The translations under genes were made by a program, and so were the position numbers. A stretch of DNA of 34,199 bases from a virus (Duplodnaviria > Caudoviricetes). The notes below the pieces were generated by a model, which saw only the letters and a list, made by a program, of their open reading frames with translations, searched no databases and was not told where the DNA came from. Numbering within the stretch: position 1 is the stretch's first letter; every line of letters starts with the position of its first letter. This document shows, one piece after another, positions 1 through 7,118 of the stretch. Location: positions 1-34,199 of the IMG/VR virus record IMGVR_UViG_3300013118_000245. One strand, given 5' to 3'.

Positions 1-259
1 CGGCGGCACCCTCGCCCGCCTCCGCCTCGAAGTGCATCACGGCGCAGCGCAGGACCTGCGCGGGGTCCGCGCCCTGCTCGTGGATGGCGTGGAGGATGTT
101 GGCCACGGTGTCGGTGGCGGTAATGGAGGAACCTATGACCTCACCATATCGCGCGCCCATCATCCACAGGTCGCAGCCCGGATGCAGTTCTACGCGATCG
201 CCAATCGAATAGGCTCGCCCGTCGTATCCCGTGAAAGTCTTTTCGCTAATCGCCCTCAT
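1..259 (-). CDS. Hypothetical phage protein, runs off the left edge (MRAISEKTFTGYDGRAYSIGDRVELHPGCDLWMMGARYGEV...MHFEAEAG)
   Basis: Manually translated open frame from ATG at 259 with an AAAGGGG RBS and an upstream promoter; not in the ORF track because it has no stop inside the window. Confidence 0.7.
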   Translation of the reverse strand, partial: MRAISEKTFTGYDGRAYSIGDRVELHPGCDLWMMGARYGEVIGSSITATDTVANILHAIHEQGADPAQVLRCAVMHFEAEAGEGAA

Positions 260-313
260 GATCATCCCCTTTGGTTATTGCGCCCGTGCGCGTGTTCTGT
301 GTCCATGCGTAAC

Positions 314-342
314 ATTATGCCACACTCGCCCGGCAATGTCAC
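314..342 (-). promoter_or_regulatory. sigma70-type promoter
   Basis: GTGACA-17 bp-CATAAT with extended -10 TG, upstream of the ORF starting at 259. Confidence 0.6.
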
Positions 343-359
343 CCCCTCGTCTAGGCCGT

Positions 360-614
360 CTAACAAACCCAACTAATATCGCCGCACTCGCACTCAACCA
401 CAAAGCGTTCCGTATCATTCAACTTGGCTAACTGGGCCGCCGCTTCCTGGCGACGACGGTCAGCGATTTGGCCCTTGCCATATGCACTCGAATAACCCTG
501 GACGGCGTACCAGTCGTCATCAGCCTTCCGTGCTTCCCTGACCAAATCAACCGCTACTTTCGTTTCGTGTTTCATCGGCTTCCCCTTCCGAGGTTCCAGT
601 GTATGCTTGCTCAT
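360..614 (-). CDS. Small hypothetical protein (alternative start at 575)
   Basis: ORF with AAGGGGA RBS before both candidate ATGs; collinear with neighbouring small leftward genes. Confidence 0.6.
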   Translation of the reverse strand: MSKHTLEPRKGKPMKHETKVAVDLVREARKADDDWYAVQGYSSAYGKGQIADRRRQEAAAQLAKLNDTERFVVECECGDISWVC

Positions 615-657
615 AATCTAATCCCCTTCTGTTATGCCCCTAGGGGCGGTTAGTGTG

Positions 658-849
658 CTATCGCAACTCGACTATCTGGCCGCCGCACTGGATTGACGCG
701 CAGTGTGGGCAGAGTTGGGTATCGTTGACAATCTCCCATGCGCCGCGCCGCTTTTCTCTGATCGTTGCCTCCTTGACATCGGGCGAGGCATTAAGGCAGA
801 CGAAACAGCGGAGATTCCCGCGCCTGTCCTGACTTACGAAGTGGTTCAT
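658..849 (-). CDS. Small Zn-finger-like protein
   Basis: CFVC and CPHC pairs; AAAGGA RBS; directly downstream of the promoter at 893-921. Confidence 0.65.
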   Translation of the reverse strand: MNHFVSQDRRGNLRCFVCLNASPDVKEATIREKRRGAWEIVNDTQLCPHCASIQCGGQIVELR

Positions 850-892
850 GTCTCTGTCCTTTCGCTAAAACTTGTGGCTGTTAACTAATGCA

Positions 893-921
893 ATCATCTC
901 ACATCACGATCAACTTGTCAA
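893..921 (-). promoter_or_regulatory. sigma70-type promoter
   Basis: TTGACA-17 bp-GATGAT with extended -10 TG. Confidence 0.55.
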
Positions 922-924
922 CCA

Positions 925-1500
925 CCATCGGCAACAAACACACACAATAGTAATCAAACCTCTTTATAACACCCATAAACTACCAGAATAACCTAACGCA
1001 ACTACACACCAAATACACATATAAAGCCAACCACACTGTACCTGCAGGTACACCCACCACACAATGTACTGTGCCCTGGCGGACTCAACGCGTGCGCCGG
1101 CCCCGGCGCTTGAGGCCAGTGGCTGCACCAAGAAGGTATGCCAAGGCTAACATTCCCCGCCTTTACCTGGCTCCCCCCTGTTCCCCGCCGTAGTTACCGA
1201 TCGTTTACTTGGCTGTAACCCGTGGCCGTATAAGAAGATAGGCCGCCCGACATGGGGGGTGCCCTCCGCCCCCCGTACACCCAGCGCGGGACTCATAGAT
1301 TAACCCCCTCATAAAAGCTGATAGAATCCCATTCCCTATCAGCATTCTGGCTGAGTTATTGCTACTGCTGGGTTCTGTTTTGGTAGGTTTCGAGCGGGAC
1401 AACGTTTGGGCTATGTTGGTATGACCTAGGAGTGGTGGAATACTCCTTCGGAGTATAGTATATATATACGCGCGGGCGCGCGGGGGGGGTGATGTTCAAT
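925..1500. other. Mostly non-coding region with strand-composition switch; candidate packaging or terminus region
   Basis: A/C-rich + strand at ~925-1065, G-run and C-run at 1254-1274, G/T-rich + strand after ~1350; lies upstream of terS. Confidence 0.35.
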
Positions 1501-1546
1501 TTACTGATGTTTGGTGCGGCGGGAGGCGACCTTTGGGTATGGCTTT

Positions 1547-1729
1547 CTACAGGCCGGGCATTCTGCTGAGATGGTTTCGGTTTTGTGACCGCCATTTCTT
1601 TTCCCTTCGTTCTCGTTCTAGTTTATCTATGAGGTACTGGATTCTACATGGGGAGCATGCTATTGCTTGTTTTCCTGAGGGCATGACGGTGAAGTCTTCT
1701 GTGGCCCCGCAGTGGGGGCATTTTTTTAT
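1547..1729 (-). CDS. Small Zn-ribbon protein with ATA (or lost ATG) start
   Basis: Frame reads (I)KKCPHCGATEDFTVMPSGKQAIACSPCRIQYLIDKLERERREKK...; the ATA overlaps the upstream TAA stop. Confidence 0.45.
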   Translation of the reverse strand: MKKCPHCGATEDFTVMPSGKQAIACSPCRIQYLIDKLERERREKKWRSQNRNHLSRMPGL

Positions 1730-1962
1730 TCTTCTGCCCCCGGAAGAGACATCCAGATATCGCAGGCTTTACAGTCTTCATCGTGTTCTGTGGCCCACCA
1801 GTGTGGGTATTCTGTGCCATCATGATCTACCCTGGGGGAGAATGATGCCACTTTCCAGGCAGGTCCATCGCCAGGATACCACTCCGCCCACACAAGGTAA
1901 TTGCCTCCCTCTTCCGGCTCCGCCTCTATCGTAGCGAAGGCGTCGTAGCAGATTTGTTTCAT
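1726..1962 (-). CDS. DUF551-like small phage protein
   Basis: PEEGGNYLVW...WMSLP pattern; ATG at 1962 with AAAGGGG RBS just downstream of a strong promoter. Confidence 0.7.
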   Translation of the reverse strand: MKQICYDAFATIEAEPEEGGNYLVWAEWYPGDGPAWKVASFSPRVDHDGTEYPHWWATEHDEDCKACDIWMSLPGAEE

Positions 1963-1986
1963 TTGAAATCCCCCTTTCGTTCCAGC

Positions 1987-2015
1987 ATTATACCATACCA
2001 CGCAGCATAAGTCAA
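1987..2015 (-). promoter_or_regulatory. Strong sigma70 promoter (leftward)
   Basis: TTGACT-17 bp-TATAAT with extended -10 TG. Confidence 0.8.
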
Positions 2016-2055
2016 CCCCATTATGCGATTATGTACCTCACGGTACACTTTTCTC

Positions 2056-2084
2056 TTGACAATTTGTCAGTGGCGTGCTAGTGT
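2056..2084 (+). promoter_or_regulatory. sigma70 promoter (rightward, terS), divergent from the 1987-2015 promoter
   Basis: TTGACA-17 bp-TAGTGT with extended -10 TG; ATG follows 7 nt later. Confidence 0.7.
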
Positions 2085-2091
2085 CTTTTTT

Positions 2092-2685
2092 ATGCAACAG
2101 AGGTTTGATGTAGAACGTGCTGCCGATGCTTTGACCTTGTGCGAGGGAAACTGCACAAAGGCCGCTGATATCGTGGGCTGTTCTTATACCACCTTCTTGA
2201 AGTACGTCAACAAAGACTCTACCGGGCTCAAGGCTCTACGCGACACATTAAAGAGGCAAAAGGGCGTCGGCATAGTCGATGAGGCGAAAGAGCGCAAGAA
2301 GGTCCAGAAAGCCGTCTCCGTCGGGGATAGACACTCTGATGATGTTGTCTACGAGGCCCTGATCGAGTTCGACGGCTCTATACCTGACGCTGCCGATGCT
2401 TTAGGTGTAGACGGGAACGTCCTTCGTAAGCGGGTTGCGAGGAATCCTCGCCTAATCGACGCAATGCACGAGGGCGAAGAATACAAGATGATGCTTTTGG
2501 AGGATGAATACAAGAAGATCGCCGCCGGGGAGATATCTGTCTCGTCTCAGAGGCGTCAGGCCATTTTCGACATCTTGAAGTGCAAACGCGGATGGAGCCC
2601 CAAGAGTACTGTAAAGCACGAGGGGCTCACTTACGACATCGAGTCGGTTCCGTTGAAAAACACGGAGCCGGATTTACCCAATTAG
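2092..2685 (+). CDS. terS: Terminase small subunit (two Fis-like HTH repeats)
   Basis: Two HTH motifs (EGNCTKAADIVGCS, DGSIPDAADALGVD), C-terminal AIFDILKCKRGW of TerS type, first gene of the packaging operon. Confidence 0.7.
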   Translation: MQQRFDVERAADALTLCEGNCTKAADIVGCSYTTFLKYVNKDSTGLKALRDTLKRQKGVGIVDEAKERKKVQKAVSVGDRHSDDVVYEALIEFDGSIPDAADALGVDGNVLRKRVARNPRLIDAMHEGEEYKMMLLEDEYKKIAAGEISVSSQRRQAIFDILKCKRGWSPKSTVKHEGLTYDIESVPLKNTEPDLPN

Positions 2686-2748
2686 CGCGGCGTTCCCCCT
2701 TGTTGCCGCGCACGGGGCCGGGTGTTTTACTCCTTTCCGCCCGGCCCC
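2685..2748 (+). other. Tandem GC-rich hairpins with pyrimidine-rich loops
   Basis: GCGCGGCG/TGCCGCGC with loop TTCCCCCTTGT; GGGGCCGGGTG/CGCCCGGCCCC with loop TTTTACTCCTTTC. Confidence 0.6.
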
Positions 2749-2759
2749 CCGGAGCTTGA

Positions 2760-3050
2760 ATGAAGATACCTCAGCATTTTTCTCTTATGGGGCGGGAGAT
2801 AGAGGTAATCTGGCTGGACGACCTGGAGGACAAGGGCGAGGCCGACGGCCGGGCATCGTGGAAGCGCGGAGAGATCGAGCTTCAGGAGCCCAAGAAGGAC
2901 GCGGACAGGGCCTACGTCGAGCAGGCGTTCCTGCACGAGCTGGTACATTTGATATTGTGGGCGATGTCAGAGGATGATTTGTCAGAAAACGAGCGATTCG
3001 TGGATTTATTTGGCGGGCTTCTTCATCAAGCGATGGTGACTGGTGAATAG
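2760..3050 (+). CDS. Small HExxH zincin-like metallopeptidase
   Basis: FLHELVHLIL motif followed by ENERFVD. Confidence 0.75.
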   Translation: MKIPQHFSLMGREIEVIWLDDLEDKGEADGRASWKRGEIELQEPKKDADRAYVEQAFLHELVHLILWAMSEDDLSENERFVDLFGGLLHQAMVTGE

Positions 3051-3177
3051 CGCGAAGATTTGGTGGGACTGGCTGGCGATTTGCCCCGAGTGGGCAGAGG
3101 TAGACTACGGCGATCCAGAGGTTGAACTAGTTTTGGAGGATGACGATGTGGTATTTGTCGTTGAATTGGAAGACTAG
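3043..3177 (+). CDS. Putative 44-aa acidic peptide
   Basis: GTG start overlapping the upstream gene end; fills the gap between genes; MNSAKIWWDWLAICPEWAEVDYGDPEVELVLEDDDVVFVVELED. Confidence 0.35.
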   Translation: MNSAKIWWDWLAICPEWAEVDYGDPEVELVLEDDDVVFVVELED

Positions 3178-3574
3178 GTGGGCGCTGGCGGCGATCTCGC
3201 TTGTTCTGTGTGTAGGTATCGCTGCTATTTCGTGGGCTGCCTACGGAGGAAGTCGGATTGTAGACTCCGCCGATACAGAGGTGAATGTTACAATTGACGG
3301 GACTCCTGCTTCATTGCAGTTGCTTGCGACCGGGAATGACGCTAAGTTCTCTATACATGCCTGGAACGGGTCTGTCTACCGACTGTTATATCCAGATTCA
3401 ACACGTATTGCCGCTGATGATACTACATACGCGCTTGTAGACGGCGTTCCGTTCACGGTAGAAATGAACTACCCGAACCGACTGTCTAATGGTAATGTAG
3501 GCAATCCGTTCTCTGAGATTACAGTTTGCTTAACTCGCGCTAGTGCATCTCAGGTTTTGGTGCTGGTGAAATGA
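3146..3574 (+). CDS. Signal-peptide-bearing beta-rich hypothetical protein
   Basis: GGAGG RBS; N-terminus KTRWALAAISLVLCVGIAAISWA; ATGA-coupled to the next gene. Confidence 0.7.
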   Translation: MWYLSLNWKTRWALAAISLVLCVGIAAISWAAYGGSRIVDSADTEVNVTIDGTPASLQLLATGNDAKFSIHAWNGSVYRLLYPDSTRIAADDTTYALVDGVPFTVEMNYPNRLSNGNVGNPFSEITVCLTRASASQVLVLVK

Positions 3575-5409
3575 GGCGCTTAGCTACCATACCATTTCTG
3601 ATATGTGTGTTGATCTTCTCAGCCGGGTTTGATGGATTCAAGAGCGAAGATGGGTTCGGCAGTTCAGACGGACTTAATATTGCTGATAGTGGACTGTATG
3701 CAAGCGGCGGCGCGGCAGATACCGTTATCGCTGTCTTTTCATCGTATGGCAATCTGATTGTGCCTGAAGTCCTGATAGATCATTACGACTTGGACCCGGC
3801 AGATTCGACTTATAGTTATACTCCCAATAGCGGAGCGATCTTCAGGCACGGGTCCGTTGATCGCGGCGACTCGCTCAACTGTGTGAACAACATCTACAAC
3901 CGGTTCAATTTCTATGACAATGCCGGAACGCAGATGCCAGCCTCTGCTCAGACATATGGGCTTGTCTACTTCGACTTAGATTTGATACCGGACAATGTAG
4001 AAATCCTAGATGCCTACCTCTGCATGGAGATCGCCTGGGGGACGGTGGACGGGACCAGCGCGACCTTCCAGAAGGAGAAGTTTCTGGGGGTCTACGCTGT
4101 CTTGGATACGATGGTGTCTGATGCTGCGTGGCTCGATGCTCCGGTAGGTGACACGTCCTGTGATGCGTCGATCCCGCCCTACGGCGCGGATATTTCATGG
4201 GTCTATTGCGACAATGATTTGTCTACTCCGTGGGAGCCGCGTCTCTACATGCGGCGGGGCAGGACAGAGTACGGAAGCTTGGGGATGTTCGGGATGCCCT
4301 CAAAGGCGTTCGGGCAGGGGACCAACCCCACTACAGGCGACACTCTGTATATTGATGTCAAGCGGGAAGTCCAATACTACAAGGACTATAAGGACATTAG
4401 GGGGATCACCAATTCAGGCTGGTGGATCACGGCCTATTCAGACGCTGGGCAGGGTGATGTCCAAGTGTCTTGTGGGGACGATACAGAGATCAATACATCC
4501 CCGTGCCTGATTGTAAAATGGAGAGATAAGCCGAAGAATAACTGGCGATATTCCGGCAAGCCGATGGCACTTTGTATGACCACCGACGACGGGTTCAAGG
4601 AATACAACTATGCGCTTGCGGAAACATGCGCCCTATATGGTTTTCTCCATACGGCGTTTGTGTCAGAGGTGTATATCGAAGCCGGGTCTATTGGCGGCAG
4701 GGATATAATGACTTCATCCGAGGCTCAAGTGCTTCGGGCTGGCGGAACCGAGATCGGCCAGCATACCAAGGACCACATCTGGCCGGGGCTGATAGACATT
4801 GCCGACGCGGACTCTGTTCACGAGCAGTTATGCAGAGATTACTTGGTCGCCTACCTGGGGATCTCTGCGGCTGACTCTGCCGACGTTCTCAAGACGATAG
4901 CGTGGCCGTTCGGGTCGTATAGCGCACTTACCGAAAGTATAGCCTACGAATACGGGTATATTGCAGCGCGATCAACCGTTGGCGATATCTTTCCAACATC
5001 TGCAAGTGGGTATTGGAGATCGTCCGCAGGACATGGGGTGAGTCCGTTTACTTCAGCAGACTCTTTGGCTATCTTCGCTACAAGCAAGTACACATACACG
5101 CGGTTCTTTGACGACAACGGCGGATCTGACGATACGGTGGACACCCTAAAGATCGCTCACAAGATCACCCCGGTTACAAGAATCAACGGGAATATCGCCA
5201 ATTTCATGACCCTCGCGTGGATGATGCAAGAGCCGATCACTACACTAACCCATCACGAAGCCCAGCTAACTCTAAATCAAATCGGGTGGTTGATGGAATA
5301 TCTAGATTGGCGCGGTGACTTTGCTGTACCGACATATGGCAGTATCGCAGAGGGATATCGAGATAACTACATGAGCGAAACCCTTTGGTGGCTGTGGGAG
5401 GAAGATTGA
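3571..5409 (+). CDS. Secreted protein: N-terminal beta-sandwich (DNRLRE/CBM-like) domain plus C-terminal NodB-type polysaccharide deacetylase (CE4)
   Basis: Signal peptide MRRLATIPFLICVLIFSAG; YFDLDLIPDNVEILDAYL and IDVK...SGWWI...PCLIVKW pattern; CE4 motifs TTDDG, HTKDH, AWPFG. Confidence 0.75.
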   Translation: MRRLATIPFLICVLIFSAGFDGFKSEDGFGSSDGLNIADSGLYASGGAADTVIAVFSSYGNLIVPEVLIDHYDLDPADSTYSYTPNSGAIFRHGSVDRGDSLNCVNNIYNRFNFYDNAGTQMPASAQTYGLVYFDLDLIPDNVEILDAYLCMEIAWGTVDGTSATFQKEKFLGVYAVLDTMVSDAAWLDAPVGDTSCDASIPPYGADISWVYCDNDLSTPWEPRLYMRRGRTEYGSLGMFGMPSKAFGQGTNPTTGDTLYIDVKREVQYYKDYKDIRGITNSGWWITAYSDAGQGDVQVSCGDDTEINTSPCLIVKWRDKPKNNWRYSGKPMALCMTTDDGFKEYNYALAETCALYGFLHTAFVSEVYIEAGSIGGRDIMTSSEAQVLRAGGTEIGQHTKDHIWPGLIDIADADSVHEQLCRDYLVAYLGISAADSADVLKTIAWPFGSYSALTESIAYEYGYIAARSTVGDIFPTSASGYWRSSAGHGVSPFTSADSLAIFATSKYTYTRFFDDNGGSDDTVDTLKIAHKITPVTRINGNIANFMTLAWMMQEPITTLTHHEAQLTLNQIGWLMEYLDWRGDFAVPTYGSIAEGYRDNYMSETLWWLWEED

Positions 5410-7118
5410 GCTTTCAGGAGCGCACAGAGAAGAAGAAGCGGCTTGCGGTTTTACATCGCAAGATCGCCTTCTTTGGCACTCCTGCAAAAGACTATATGGA
5501 CTCTGGCTTGTGGATTTATCTGAAGTACGTCCGCACCAAGGATGAGCATGATGCACTTCGTCCGGTGAAGCCATTGCCGACAGATCCGGCTACCGGCAAG
5601 ATTCTTCCCTACTTGCTGCACATCTTCCATCAATTGTTACGCAACGAGCAGATATGCCTGCCGAAGTCCCGCCAGATCATGGTATCGTGGGTGCTTGCTA
5701 TTTACGGAACGTGGTTTGCGCGGACGGCGAAGCATCGGAAGATCATCTGGCAATCCAAGAAAGAGGATAACGCCGCAGAGATGGTTTGTATGGGCGGCGA
5801 CGACATGCAGACAGCCCGGATGTCATTCATCGAGCTTAACCTGACCAACGAGGACGGCACTCCGGCCCGGTGGCTGAGTGACCCTAAGATTATCTCAGGC
5901 AAGGGCGTTGGGAAAAACAAACTGCTCTATAAGAATGGCTCCCTAATTAAAGGGGTGCCGCAGGGCGGCGATCAGGTCAGGCAGGAAGTCCCCTCTCTGT
6001 TCATGTCCGATGAGTCTGCGTTCCAGGACGAGTTCGGCAAGGCATATGAGGCTGCGCAGGCATGTATCAACGGCGGCGGACGGGGCGTCTATGCCTCTTC
6101 TGCTGCCCCTGGATACTTCTGTGACTTGGTGAACGATTACGACGGGTTCACCGACGGGGAAGATCCCCCGTATCTGGAGTCAGACTTGCCTCGCGGCATG
6201 GACTCGTGGATGGTCCGCAACAATGTTTACGTCTTGCGCACCCACTACACGGCCGACCCGCACAAAGACCCTGACAGGCTTGGCAAAAAGTGGATCAAGA
6301 AGGCGTCTGCGCCATATGGAGGCACGCAGTCTCCGGGCTGGCAGCAGGAGTTCGAGATCAACTGGAAGGTCGCTGGCGGCTCTCCTGTATTCCCGCAGGC
6401 ACAAGACGTTCGCTGGTCCGCGATTATCCCGGCGAGGGATGTTGATTTCGTCAAGAAGAATCATTTTCTCATGGCGGGGTTTGACTATGGCTCTGCGAAT
6501 GACCCGTCAGTGTTCGAGGTTATCGCTGTTGACGAAGACGGAAGAATCTTCTTCGACTGGGAGTGGTACAAACACGGCGCGACTTACCTGGAGGCCGCCG
6601 AGGCTATCAAGGAATGCCCATATTGGGATCGCATCAGGAACCACATGGTAGCCGACAACTCCATCTGGGCCATGACGCAGAATACGGATTCAGGGATTAA
6701 GTCTATCGCACAGTTATTCAACGAGCAGGGCGTACACTTCATTCCCGGCAAGCGCGGGACGCCTTCTGCCGATGTTCGCGTAGAGGAAATGTTCAGGGCG
6801 CATTACTGGGCCGACTTCCAGAACCCGAAGGCGTTTATCACCCTCGCCTCTCCGAAGATGGCTGAATGTGTAAAGATGCTGCGGTGGGAAGAGCATAAGT
6901 CTGAGGCGGCGAAGGCGCGGGCGCACGCTCCCTTGAAGATCGTCCACAAGAACAACGACCCGTGGGATGCGTCCTCTTACCCGATTGACCTTTTGATACA
7001 GGATTTTGCGAGGCCGAATGTGCCGATGCCTTCTGACTCATACGGGGCGCATAAGGCGCGGATGAAAAAACGTGAGCGCCGCGAGCGTTATACCGGAACC
7101 GCCGTGGGGGCGTTATGA
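5406..7118 (+). CDS. terL: Terminase large subunit
   Basis: Walker A-like PKSRQIMVS, Walker B LFMSDE, nuclease GFDYGSANDP and NDPWDA; TTG start with GGGAGG RBS overlapping the upstream TGA. Confidence 0.92.
   Translation: MSFQERTEKKKRLAVLHRKIAFFGTPAKDYMDSGLWIYLKYVRTKDEHDALRPVKPLPTDPATGKILPYLLHIFHQLLRNEQICLPKSRQIMVSWVLAIYGTWFARTAKHRKIIWQSKKEDNAAEMVCMGGDDMQTARMSFIELNLTNEDGTPARWLSDPKIISGKGVGKNKLLYKNGSLIKGVPQGGDQVRQEVPSLFMSDESAFQDEFGKAYEAAQACINGGGRGVYASSAAPGYFCDLVNDYDGFTDGEDPPYLESDLPRGMDSWMVRNNVYVLRTHYTADPHKDPDRLGKKWIKKASAPYGGTQSPGWQQEFEINWKVAGGSPVFPQAQDVRWSAIIPARDVDFVKKNHFLMAGFDYGSANDPSVFEVIAVDEDGRIFFDWEWYKHGATYLEAAEAIKECPYWDRIRNHMVADNSIWAMTQNTDSGIKSIAQLFNEQGVHFIPGKRGTPSADVRVEEMFRAHYWADFQNPKAFITLASPKMAECVKMLRWEEHKSEAAKARAHAPLKIVHKNNDPWDASSYPIDLLIQDFARPNVPMPSDSYGAHKARMKKRERRERYTGTAVGAL

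Noticed and set aside
1205-1595. Minus-strand ORFs 1362-1595 and 1205-1402
   Set aside because: Pro/Ser/Thr-rich low-information translations that reflect strand skew; unsupported, though 1362-1595 has a possible RBS
1704-1727. GCCCC-N6-GGGGC plus T7 as an intrinsic terminator
   Set aside because: U-tract is on the plus strand with no credible plus gene upstream, and the sequence is explained as KKCPHCG codons on the minus strand; not fully excluded
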